Shown piece by piece: positions 9,465-20,252 of a DNA stretch of 32,000 nt; the first letter of the stretch is position 1; each line of letters starts with the position of its first letter. The notes beneath the pieces are model-generated. The model saw only the letters and a list, made by a program, of their open reading frames with translations. It had not been told where the DNA came from and made no database searches. The stretch is from Methanocaldococcus jannaschii DSM 2661. Its GTDB lineage: Archaea; AGJL01; Methanococci; Methanococcales; Methanocaldococcaceae. Both the position numbers and the translations under genes were made by a program. The stretch covers positions 910,712 through 942,711 of the forward strand of contig NC_000909.1 in the NCBI RefSeq assembly GCF_000091665.1. The letters run 5' to 3'.

Positions 9465-9899
9465 TTGGTGATAATTATGCCAACTAAAACTATAACTCTA
9501 AAAGTTCCTTCCAATATTTCAAAGAAAAAGATTGAAGAGGCTATTAAAAAGCTTGAATTGGAGGAAAAATACAAGAAAACTGAGAATTTTAAACTATTTG
9601 TTAAAGATGAAGATTTAAAGATGAAAATTTACAAAATAGCTGAATTTGTTGAAGATTATTTAAAGAAAAAATATTCTGATGAGGAATTTGAGATTGTTTT
9701 AGATTATGATGGAATTGATGATAAGGTAGTTGTGGAGATAGTTTTTAAGAAGAAATTGGATAAAAGGGAGTTAAAGGATATAAAAGTTATTATAAGAAAG
9801 CTAAAGGAGATTATATTTGATGCTTGGAGAAAAGTTGATGAGAAATACCCAGATATGCGTGGATTTTTAATTGTTACCTCTGACTTGGAGGTGTTGTAA
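9465..9899 (+). CDS. Hypothetical protein, partner of the downstream HEPN-like gene
   Basis: 144-aa ORF abutting the downstream ORF directly (stop ends at 9899, next start at 9900); GGTGA ribosome binding site upstream. Confidence 0.75.
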   Translation: MVIIMPTKTITLKVPSNISKKKIEEAIKKLELEEKYKKTENFKLFVKDEDLKMKIYKIAEFVEDYLKKKYSDEEFEIVLDYDGIDDKVVVEIVFKKKLDKRELKDIKVIIRKLKEIIFDAWRKVDEKYPDMRGFLIVTSDLEVL

Positions 9900-10433
9900 G
9901 TGTTTAATATTGATGAATTTAAAGAAATAGCTGAAAAGCTACCAACTTTCAAATCTCTACCAAATGAAGGAAAATACCGAACTGCTATTGGGAGATACTA
10001 CTATTGTATCTTTTTAAAACTTAGAGAGATTGTTAAAGAGATTGAGCAAGATAGAGAAGATGGGATTTATGAACTTTTAAATAGTGGAAAGGCACATAAA
10101 GCATTACCAGCATATTTCAGAACTTTATCTGATAAAATTAGAGTAGATAATTTGAAGAATGATTTAATAACTTTGGCTGAAGCTCTTGAAGATTTAAGGA
10201 AATTAAGAAATATGTGTGATTATGATGTTGATGTTTCCATATCATTTACTAAAGTCATTGAAGCTGAGATAGATATAGAAATTATAGAGCAAACAATAAC
10301 TAACCTCTCTTATCAAAAACCAAAAAGTAAAACCAAAATTGTTGGATTAAAAAATGTTCTTGAATATTTTAAGGATAAAGATAACCTACCAACTTATAAC
10401 GAAGTCATTAACATTATGTATAGACGAAGATAA
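9900..10433 (+). CDS. HEPN-domain-like protein
   Basis: YRTAIGRYYYCIFLKLREI and LEDLRKLRNMCDYDVD match the HEPN R..a..RaYYa.f and R..aDY pattern. Confidence 0.65.
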   Translation: MFNIDEFKEIAEKLPTFKSLPNEGKYRTAIGRYYYCIFLKLREIVKEIEQDREDGIYELLNSGKAHKALPAYFRTLSDKIRVDNLKNDLITLAEALEDLRKLRNMCDYDVDVSISFTKVIEAEIDIEIIEQTITNLSYQKPKSKTKIVGLKNVLEYFKDKDNLPTYNEVINIMYRRR

Positions 10434-10625
10434 TTATGACAGAAAAAAATACAAAACCAGATTGGTTAGTAAAAACAAAAGAGATTACTTATGAGGTTAA
10501 ATTTTATAAACCATAAATTGTTCGGAAAAAATTCGTTAATTCTGTTTATTATGATAAATCATGACAATTTTATCCATAAAAATAGTCCAAACTACTCTTT
10601 TTTTATTCTGTAAATTTCGTTAGTT

Positions 10626-10796
10626 TAAAACAAAATAGGTGCAATTGCAGATATTATAATCAACCCAGCTAATATGTATCCCATGATTTTTGTTAATTCA
10701 CTTCCAGTATATGGCCTTGTTAAATCTCTTTTTATGCTTTCTAATTCTTCAAATTCCCCATCATTTACATGTATGTGTTGTAACTTCACTTCCATA
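10626..10796 (-). CDS. Small (56-aa) single-TM protein, absent from the supplied ORF track
   Basis: MEVKLQHIHVNDGEFEELESIKRDLTRPYTGSELTKIMGYILAGLIIISAIAPILF*; GGGTGAG ribosome binding site 5 nt before the ATG. Confidence 0.65.
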
Positions 10797-10822
10797 TTCT
10801 CACCCTACCTATTGTTGTTTTA

Positions 10823-10918
10823 ATAGGACTTTCGCAGGAAATAAAGTTTTATTGTATATAGACACCCTTTGGGTGTCTAAGTTCCAAACTTAATATATAA
10901 ACTGCGAAAGTCCTATTC
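10823..10918. mobile_element. Short MITE-like element (96 bp) with 16-bp perfect TIRs and a central hairpin
   Basis: AATAGGACTTTCGCAG (10823-10838) ... CTGCGAAAGTCCTATT (10903-10918); centre TAGACACCC-ttt-GGGTGTCTA (10860-10880). Confidence 0.7.
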
Positions 10919-11120
10919 ACTTATATCATTGAAAAAAGTCATATATATGCTTTTTTGCTCATGAACAATCATGATAAATGTTTTTAATGAAAAATAATGA
11001 CAGATTGGTTTTAATCTATAATGATAAATCATGACAAATTTGAATTTGTATAAAAATGTATATAAAAGAGTATGAAGCTAACTTTAATGAGTAAAATCCT
11101 AAAAATAGAAAAAATTTGTT

Positions 11121-12197
11121 TTAAATCCTCCTATACTTATAAAATATCCTACACGTTCCCTCATCTGAAACCATACAACTACCAACTGGATTTAATGGAG
11201 TGCAAACCGTTCCAAACAATGGGCAGTCAGTTGGCAGTTTCTCTCCTCTCAAAATCTTATCACATATACAACCTTTAGGAATTTTCTCTTTAATCTCTGG
11301 AATATCCTCATGCTCATAGATGTCAAATTTCTTATACTTCTCCCTCAATCCAAAACCACCATTTTTAACAACTGGGAAACCTCTCCAAGGAACATCTATG
11401 CTTTCAAAAACTTCATTTATTATTTTTTGAGCTAAAACATTACCTTCTGGCTTAACTGCTCTAATATATTCATTTTCAACCTTTGCCTCTCCACTGATGA
11501 CTTGCTTTAAAATCATTATTATAGCCATTAACACATCTATTGGCTCAAAGCCAGCAACAACCATTGGAGCTTTGTATTTTTCACACAACCCATAATAAGG
11601 CTTTAATCCGGTGATTGTTGAAACATGTCCTGGGCATATAAATGCATCTAAATAAACTCCCTCATTTAACAAGAACTCCATAACTGGAGGAGTCTGCCTG
11701 TGGCAATTTAGGATAAAGAAGTTATTAACATCTTTATTTTTTAAACTTATTAGTTCAGCCCCAGTAGTTGGAGCAGTGGTTTCAAAACCTATTGCCACAA
11801 AAACAAACTTCTTATCTCTCTCCTTCTTAGCCATCTTTACTGCTTCACTTATACTATAGACAATTCTAACATCACAACCCTCAGATTGCTTTTCCATCAA
11901 AGATTTTTCACTTCCCGGCACTCTATACATATCTCCAAGAGTGGTTATTACATATCCATTGTCAGCTAAATATATGGCTGTATCTATCTCTTTTTGAGTT
12001 GTTACACAAACTGGACAACCCGGCCCTGGAACAACGGTTATATTCTCTGGCAGAACATCCCTAATCCCATACTTACAGATTGTGTGCTCATGACTTCCAC
12101 AGACGTGCATAATCTTTAATTTATCTATCTTCTCAGCAAGTTTGTTTATCTTATCTATGGCTTTTTTTATTAAGGCTCTATCATTGATATTAATCAT
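11121..12197 (-). CDS. hypD: [NiFe]-hydrogenase maturation protein HypD
   Basis: MHVCGSHEHTICKYGIR; GPGCPVCVT; GFETTAPTT; CGQTxP-like cluster-binding regions. Confidence 0.95.
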   Translation of the reverse strand: MININDRALIKKAIDKINKLAEKIDKLKIMHVCGSHEHTICKYGIRDVLPENITVVPGPGCPVCVTTQKEIDTAIYLADNGYVITTLGDMYRVPGSEKSLMEKQSEGCDVRIVYSISEAVKMAKKERDKKFVFVAIGFETTAPTTGAELISLKNKDVNNFFILNCHRQTPPVMEFLLNEGVYLDAFICPGHVSTITGLKPYYGLCEKYKAPMVVAGFEPIDVLMAIIMILKQVISGEAKVENEYIRAVKPEGNVLAQKIINEVFESIDVPWRGFPVVKNGGFGLREKYKKFDIYEHEDIPEIKEKIPKGCICDKILRGEKLPTDCPLFGTVCTPLNPVGSCMVSDEGTCRIFYKYRRI

Positions 12198-12201
12198 TTT
12201 C

Positions 12202-12924
12202 CTACCTCTCCTTTAATGTTCTAATAACTTCTAACATCCCTTCAATCGTATATACTTTAGGAATTAATGGTTTAAAACCAAATTTTTCAATAACTTTGGC
12301 AGTTATAGGACCAATGGCGACTATGTAGTTATCTTTTATAATTTCAGCAAACTCATCATCCACATACTTAAAAAAATTCTTAGCTGTTAATCCACTTGTA
12401 AATGTTAGAATAAATTTATCTTTTGCTATTAACTCTTTTAGTTTTTTAATATCCTCTTTTAAGTTTTCTGGCTCTGCTGATTTATACACAAATAACAAAT
12501 CAGCATTTAAGTTATTCTTTAAAACGTCTCTTGTTGATGGTGTTGTTGGGATTAAAAATTTTTCCTCCTCTTTAGAAACTTTTTTAATCTCTCTTAGGAG
12601 GGACTCTGCAGTGTATTCATTAGGCATTATATCTGGGTCCCTACCAAAATATTTTTTAAAAGTTTTTGCTGTTTTTTCTCCAATAACTGCAATTTTTTTA
12701 TTTTTTACATTTTCTCTTTCATTTTCAGTTAGTATATTGTATAGTCCAATAACACCACTTGGTGAGGTAAAAGCTATCCAATCATAGCTGTCTAAATTAA
12801 CATCTAAATCTTTATTATATACAATCTCCAATGTTGGAAATATTATTGGTTCAAACCCTTCTTTTTTTAATAAACTGGCAAAAACATCAGCCCTTTCCTT
12901 AGGTCTCGTTATCACAACTTTCAT
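12202..12924 (-). CDS. hemD: Uroporphyrinogen-III synthase
   Basis: MKVVITRPKERADVFASLLKKEGFEPIIFPTLEI...DWIAFTSPSGV...FTSGLTAKNFF. Confidence 0.85.
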   Translation of the reverse strand: MKVVITRPKERADVFASLLKKEGFEPIIFPTLEIVYNKDLDVNLDSYDWIAFTSPSGVIGLYNILTENERENVKNKKIAVIGEKTAKTFKKYFGRDPDIMPNEYTAESLLREIKKVSKEEEKFLIPTTPSTRDVLKNNLNADLLFVYKSAEPENLKEDIKKLKELIAKDKFILTFTSGLTAKNFFKYVDDEFAEIIKDNYIVAIGPITAKVIEKFGFKPLIPKVYTIEGMLEVIRTLKER

Positions 12925-13604
12925 GTTATCCCGTTATTTATTAAATTTAAATCTATCCCATTAAACTCCAAATAAACATAAACTTTGTCCCCCATATCAA
13001 CTACATTACAATCAACTGCATTTGTTTTTTGCAACAATTCATTTCTAAGTTTTTCAGTATCAATTTCTTGATTATTTGGTTTTCTAAATACCTCTATCAA
13101 ATATGTTTTATTTGAATTTAGGTCATAATATATGCCAATTGTATAGTTCTCCCTATATATAAGAACATCCTTATAGTTCGGAGGGATTGTATTAACTAAA
13201 TCATTCATCTCAGCTTTTCCTAAATCATCTTCATTTAGATTTTTTATCAAAACTCCATTATAATACTTAAAATTATCAATTGGAATGTATTTAATTAAAA
13301 ATCCAAGTGGTATTTTTATACCAAAACTCCCATGATTTCCAATATAAATCCCATTAATTAAAATTATTGACTCTTTATAGAATTCTGGCATGTTTTTGAG
13401 ATTAACATCATTTTTGAGCATCATAAGGGTTTTATGGTCTATATAAGTGAATTCTTTAAATGGTGAATTTTCTATAACCTCCTTAACATCCTCAGCTCCT
13501 CCTATATTTGCATATAAATATAAACCTAAGATGAGTATAGGCAGTATATTTATTATCAAAAACAACACTATCTTTTTCATATACTTCATATAATCACCAT
13601 ACAT
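12921..13604 (-). CDS. Hypothetical protein with N-terminal membrane anchor
   Basis: 227-aa ORF; hydrophobic N-terminal helix IVLFLIINILPILILGLYLYANI; overlaps the hemD start by 4 nt. Confidence 0.7.
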   Translation of the reverse strand: MYGDYMKYMKKIVLFLIINILPILILGLYLYANIGGAEDVKEVIENSPFKEFTYIDHKTLMMLKNDVNLKNMPEFYKESIILINGIYIGNHGSFGIKIPLGFLIKYIPIDNFKYYNGVLIKNLNEDDLGKAEMNDLVNTIPPNYKDVLIYRENYTIGIYYDLNSNKTYLIEVFRKPNNQEIDTEKLRNELLQKTNAVDCNVVDMGDKVYVYLEFNGIDLNLINNGIT

Positions 13605-13661
13605 CTTATAATAATAGTTAAAATATTTTATAAAAAGTATTTTAATGTCTTTGGTGATAAC

Positions 13662-15017
13662 ATGCTTAACTTGGAAAAAATAGAGAAATTGTTAGAAGTT
13701 GGAGATTATGCGGATATAAGAATAAATTTTGGAGAGAGCAATACAATAACATTAAAAGATGGTAAAATAGAAGAAATCTCATCAGGTTTTGGAAATGGTG
13801 TAGCTGTTAGAGTCTTATACAAAAATGGATGGGGGTTTGTTACATCAAACATAGTGAGTGAAGAGGAAATCGAAAAACTCATAAATAAAGCGTATAAAAT
13901 GGCTAAAATCTCAAATGAATATTCAGAAAAAGAGATTATATTAAAAGATTACAAGGCAATAATTGATAATTATAAAATGATTGGGAAAATAAACCCAACT
14001 GATGTTGATATTGAAGAAAAGAAAGAAATTATTATTGATACATACAAAAATATGACGGATGAAAAGATTAAAAGTATTTCTGTTAGCTATTCTGATGTGT
14101 TTGGAAAGAGAATATTTATGATTAGCGAAGGTTCAAGGATTGAGGGAGAGATAACAAGATGCATAATGTATATGAACTGTGTTGCTAAGGAAAATGGGAA
14201 TCTGCAGTATGGTGCTGAGAGAACTGGTGGTTTTGGATTTGAGAAAATAAAAGATAACTATTTAAATTTAGCTTTAGAAGCAAAAAATAGAGCTTTAAGA
14301 TTATTGAAAGCAAAACCATGCCCAAAGGGGAAATTTAAAGTAATTTTAGACCCTGAGTTAGCTGGAGTATTTATACATGAGGCAGTGGGGCATGCATCAG
14401 AGGCGGACTTAGTTTTGCAGAATGATAGTGTATTTAAAGATAAGTTAGGAGAAAGAGTAGGAAGTGAATATGTTACAGTTATAGATGATGCTACAATTGA
14501 GGGAGCTTTTGGTTCTTATAAGTATGATGATGAGGGAGTTGAAGGTAAAAAAACAGTTATCATTGAAAATGGAATTTTAAAAACTTATTTACACTCAAGA
14601 GAAACAGCTGGAAGAATGGATGCTGAGCTAACAGGGAACGGTAGAGCTGAAGGTTTAAACAAACCAATTGTAAGGATGAGTAACACCTTCATAAAACCTG
14701 GAGATTGGAGTTTTGAAGAGCTTTTAGAGGACACAAAAGAAGGAATATTCTTAAAGGGTTCGAGAGGGGGACAGGTAGATACTGGTAAAGGGCTCTTCCA
14801 ATTCAGTGCAGTTGAAGCCTACTTAATCGAAAATGGAGAACTAACTCAGGTTTTAAAAGATGCTGGTTTAAGTGGGGAGATTTTAGATATTTTATTTAAA
14901 GTTGATGCAGTTACAAAGGACTTTGAGCTAAGTGTTGGTTACTGTGGAAAGGATGGGCAGAGTGTTCCAGTTGGTGATGGTGGTGGATGTGTTAGAACAA
15001 TAGCTACTGTTTCTTAA
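13662..15017 (+). CDS. tldD: TldD-family metalloprotease
   Basis: VFIHEAVGHASEADLV (HExxxH) ; GNGRAEGLNKPIVRMSNTFI; GGRGGQVDT-like GSRGGQVDTGKG. Confidence 0.93.
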   Translation: MLNLEKIEKLLEVGDYADIRINFGESNTITLKDGKIEEISSGFGNGVAVRVLYKNGWGFVTSNIVSEEEIEKLINKAYKMAKISNEYSEKEIILKDYKAIIDNYKMIGKINPTDVDIEEKKEIIIDTYKNMTDEKIKSISVSYSDVFGKRIFMISEGSRIEGEITRCIMYMNCVAKENGNLQYGAERTGGFGFEKIKDNYLNLALEAKNRALRLLKAKPCPKGKFKVILDPELAGVFIHEAVGHASEADLVLQNDSVFKDKLGERVGSEYVTVIDDATIEGAFGSYKYDDEGVEGKKTVIIENGILKTYLHSRETAGRMDAELTGNGRAEGLNKPIVRMSNTFIKPGDWSFEELLEDTKEGIFLKGSRGGQVDTGKGLFQFSAVEAYLIENGELTQVLKDAGLSGEILDILFKVDAVTKDFELSVGYCGKDGQSVPVGDGGGCVRTIATVS

Positions 15018-15276
15018 AATTCTCATTTTTAATGTATTCAGAGATTATCTTTAAATCTCTTTTTAAACTCAAACGGCTTAATCGTGCAAGAGAATCCAAT
15101 GTTATTGTTGGATATGTTGTATAGGGCAAGAGTATTTTTAAATCATCTATTAAGTCTGACCATAATTTTTTCAATTCTTTATTTTCTTTTTTAGATATAA
15201 GTTTTGGTTCATTTTCTGAGAATATTTCATCTAATAGTTCTTTAAAAAATGATGCAATAATTATTACATATTTCAC
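15004..15276 (-). CDS. Hypothetical protein, downstream of the membrane protein gene at 15297
   Basis: 90-aa ORF, convergent with tldD with a 14-bp overlap. Confidence 0.5.
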   Translation of the reverse strand: MKYVIIIASFFKELLDEIFSENEPKLISKKENKELKKLWSDLIDDLKILLPYTTYPTITLDSLARLSRLSLKRDLKIISEYIKNENFKKQ

Positions 15277-15296
15277 ATAATTAATTCGTTTTACTT

Positions 15297-16022
15297 CTAA
15301 AACGTTGGAATTTTCATTTTCTCTTCATCATTTTTCAAAATTCTAGCTAAAATGTGGGAATATAATTTTATTAAATTTTGATATTCCTCCTGTGAAACCA
15401 CTCCCTTAGCTAACAAATCATCTAAAAATTTTGGAAAAGCATTTTTTGCAGTTATAAATAACGAATACATAAAATTCTTAACTTCAGTTTCATACCACTT
15501 TTTAAATTCTTCTTGTGCAATTTCCTCCGACTGTTTAATAAAGTGTTGTATGATTTTTATTCCTGCTCCTAAAAGTGCAAGACCTCCAAATGCAGTATAT
15601 AACGTTCCAAATTGAATATCATCTGGTTTTAAAAATGCAACATAACCCAGTACATAAACACTTGTAAGTAAAATCGAAAACACAACTAAATTAATAAAGG
15701 AAACTGTCATCATTCTGACAAAAAAGAATAGAATCCTCAAAATCCATCCAAAACCTGATTTTATTACTCCTTTAATTATTGTTAATAGTATTCCAACCAG
15801 TGCTATAATACATTGAAGTTTTAATTTAAAATTACTGAAAATTTTTAATGGAATTAAGAGAAGAATAATTAAACCATCTAAATGTTGTGGATGAAAAGCT
15901 ATCAATAAAAAAAGATTAACCCAAAAGACGTGCTTTATATTAAATACAGACCACAATCCATTAAAAATATATGAAACGACAATAACAAATAACAAGAAAA
16001 TAAGGGCATATAGGGACTTCAA
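15297..16022 (-). CDS. Hypothetical multi-pass membrane protein
   Basis: 241-aa ORF with several hydrophobic segments and a charged C-terminal domain. Confidence 0.7.
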   Translation of the reverse strand: MKSLYALIFLLFVIVVSYIFNGLWSVFNIKHVFWVNLFLLIAFHPQHLDGLIILLLIPLKIFSNFKLKLQCIIALVGILLTIIKGVIKSGFGWILRILFFFVRMMTVSFINLVVFSILLTSVYVLGYVAFLKPDDIQFGTLYTAFGGLALLGAGIKIIQHFIKQSEEIAQEEFKKWYETEVKNFMYSLFITAKNAFPKFLDDLLAKGVVSQEEYQNLIKLYSHILARILKNDEEKMKIPTF

Positions 16023-16174
16023 TATATCAAAGTAGAATCATATACTCTCCTTAACAATCTCTATAGGGGTGTCAGTATCTATTTTTCCCATTTAGACACC
16101 ACTATATATAAAAATACATTAATGTAAGGAAATAAAAAATAAAAGCTTAAAAATTTATTTATTCAGAGGAGGAA

Positions 16175-17803
<1,629 letters not shown>

Positions 17804-18005
17804 CTTCTCACCTCAGATTGTTACCTTATTCGGTATGTATATGTTAATGAAATTCTATATAAACCTTTCGGTTTTGTGTAAAGTTGATTCAACATCAATA
17901 ACTGTAAATATATAAATACTTATATCTTACAAAATTATGCTGATGAAACAAAGATTTATAAGATAGCTTTGCTATTTATTTACAAAAAACAAAACGTATT
18001 TAAGG

Positions 18006-19256
18006 ATGATAGTGATGTTCCAAAAACCAAGAGGGACGAGAGATTTTTTACCAGAGGAGATGAAAAAAAGAAGATTTGTTGAAAATAAGCTAAGAGAGGT
18101 TTTTGAGAGGTATGGGTATAAGGAGATATTAACCCCAACCTTTGAAAGCTTTGAGTTAATAGCTAAAAAAACAGGAGAAGAGATTAGAAAGCAGTTGTAT
18201 GTGTTTAAGGACCATGGTGGGAGAGAAATGGCTTTAAGACCAGAGATGACATCCCCGGTTGTTAGATTCTATTTAAATGAATTGAAGAACCTACAAAAAC
18301 CTTTAAGGCTTTATTATTTCGCTAATTGTTTTAGATATGAGAGACCTCAGGCAGGGAGGTTTAGAGAGTTTTGGCAGATGGGTTGTGAGTTAATAGGATG
18401 CAAAGAACCATTGGCAGATGCTGAGGTTTTGAATTTAGCAATGGATGGATTGATAAATATTGGTTTGGATTTTGATGTTCATATAGGGCATTTGGGAGTT
18501 TTGAAGGGAGTTTTAGAGAAATTTAATGTTAGTGAGGAAGAGGAGGTTAAAATAAGAAGATTAATTGATAAAGAGGATTATGATAATTTGAAGATTTATC
18601 TAACTCAAATCTTAGGAGAGGAGAAGAAAGAGCTAATATTTGAGATATTGAAGTTTAAAGGAAGTAGAGAGGTTTTGGATGAACTAAAGGAAATATTAAA
18701 GGACTTCCCAAAATCTATGGAGGCGATAAATAATTTGGAGGAGATTTTAGAGTTTGTTATTCATGATAAATATACAATAAACCTTGGAATTGCGAGAGGT
18801 TTAGATTACTACACAGGAATGGTATTTGAAATCTATGGGAAGAAGGGAGCTAAGCAGATATGTGGTGGCGGGAGATACGATAACTTAATTGAAACGTTTG
18901 GAGGAGAACCAACTCCAGCTGTTGGTTTTGCCTATGGATTTGATAGGATTATGATGAATATCGATGATTTAGATATTGAGGAAGAGAGCATTTTAATAAT
19001 CCCAGTAAAAAAAGATAAGGAATTAATTAAAAAATCTCTAATTATAGCTGATAAGTTAAGAAAAGCTGGAAAAATTGTAGAACTTGAGATTATGGGGAGA
19101 AAGCTAAGAAAAGCTTTAGATTATGCAAACTCAAGAGGATTTAAGAAGGTAATTATTGTTGGAGAGAAAGAGCTTAATGAAGGGAAAGTAACTGTAAAAG
19201 ATATGATAACTGGAGAGCAGAAATTAATTGGTATAGATGAATTGACAAATTTCTAA
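18006..19256 (+). CDS. hisS: Histidyl-tRNA synthetase
   Basis: [15 protein letters not shown]; [13 protein letters not shown]; [13 protein letters not shown]; CGGGRYDNL. Confidence 0.97.
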   Translation: MIVMFQKPRGTRDFLPEEMKKRRFVENKLREVFERYGYKEILTPTFESFELIAKKTGEEIRKQLYVFKDHGGREMALRPEMTSPVVRFYLNELKNLQKPLRLYYFANCFRYERPQAGRFREFWQMGCELIGCKEPLADAEVLNLAMDGLINIGLDFDVHIGHLGVLKGVLEKFNVSEEEEVKIRRLIDKEDYDNLKIYLTQILGEEKKELIFEILKFKGSREVLDELKEILKDFPKSMEAINNLEEILEFVIHDKYTINLGIARGLDYYTGMVFEIYGKKGAKQICGGGRYDNLIETFGGEPTPAVGFAYGFDRIMMNIDDLDIEEESILIIPVKKDKELIKKSLIIADKLRKAGKIVELEIMGRKLRKALDYANSRGFKKVIIVGEKELNEGKVTVKDMITGEQKLIGIDELTNF

Positions 19257-19292
19257 CCCCAATTTAAATCTTTATAAATTTTTATTTTTGGG

Positions 19293-20165
19293 ATGTTTAT
19301 GGTAAAAATAACCATACTATCACCAGAAGGAAGGAGCTGTAGTGTATGGAGTTTAAAGAATGAGATTGAAAAATTAGGAGCTAAATGCGATATATTTTTA
19401 TTATCAAGCCCAGAAAATTTGATGAGCCATGATTTTAAATTAGAAACTGACTTAATTCATTCGAGATGTGGAATAGGAGATTATTTTGATAGATTAACCC
19501 TCTACTCTTGGCAATTCATAAATGCATTGGAAGTTGAGGGCTGTAGATTTATAAATCCAATTAAAACTCTCTACCTTACATCAGACAAGTTTAAATGTAT
19601 AAAGTTACTTGCAAAGAATAAAATAAAGACACCAAAAACAGCTTTAATTAGAGATTATGAGGATGCAGTTAAATTTATTGAGAAATACAATTTAAGATTT
19701 CCAGTGGTTATAAAAAATTCTTTCTCAAAGTGTGGTTTAAAGGTATTTATGGCAAGAAATTATGATGAGTTAAAACAATTAACAAAAAATGCCATCTGGG
19801 AAGGAAAGCTTATACAGGAGTTTATTGATTTCAAAGAAAATGACTTATATAGGGATATGAGAATATTAGTTGTTGATGGAGAAGTTGTTGGTGGATACAG
19901 AAGAGTTAGTAGAGATTTTAGAACAAACCTTTATTTAGGAAATGTTGTTGAGAAACTAAATATTGATGAGGAACTTGAAGAATTAGCCTTAAAATGTGCT
20001 GATTTATCTGAGGCTGTAATCTTAGGGGTTGATATACTACCAACAAAAGACAACTATTATGTTATTGAGTTAAATTCATCCCCGGGAACTAAGGGCTTTA
20101 GAGATATAGGAATAAATGCTGATAAGAAGATAGCTGAAGCTTTAGTTAGGTATGCAAAGTCCTGA
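19293..20165 (+). CDS. cofF: RimK-like ATP-grasp ligase, probable CofF (gamma-F420-2:alpha-L-glutamate ligase)
   Basis: FPVVIKNSFSKCGLKVFMA; EFIDFKENDLYRDMRILVVDG; VELNSSPGTKG; the functional name is from recognising the M. jannaschii protein. Confidence 0.7.
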   Translation: MFMVKITILSPEGRSCSVWSLKNEIEKLGAKCDIFLLSSPENLMSHDFKLETDLIHSRCGIGDYFDRLTLYSWQFINALEVEGCRFINPIKTLYLTSDKFKCIKLLAKNKIKTPKTALIRDYEDAVKFIEKYNLRFPVVIKNSFSKCGLKVFMARNYDELKQLTKNAIWEGKLIQEFIDFKENDLYRDMRILVVDGEVVGGYRRVSRDFRTNLYLGNVVEKLNIDEELEELALKCADLSEAVILGVDILPTKDNYYVIELNSSPGTKGFRDIGINADKKIAEALVRYAKS

Positions 20166-20252
20166 AGAGACATTAAGGGGATGAAAGCTCCTTTTAATAT
20201 ATCCGTTTTGGTTATACCGAATTGAATTATGTAAAGTTGTAGTGGTGGAGGT

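Noticed and set aside
16052-16102. 17-codon ORF MGKIDTDTPIEIVKESI upstream of the membrane protein gene
   Set aside because: Too short to support as a gene from sequence alone; could be a leader peptide or chance.
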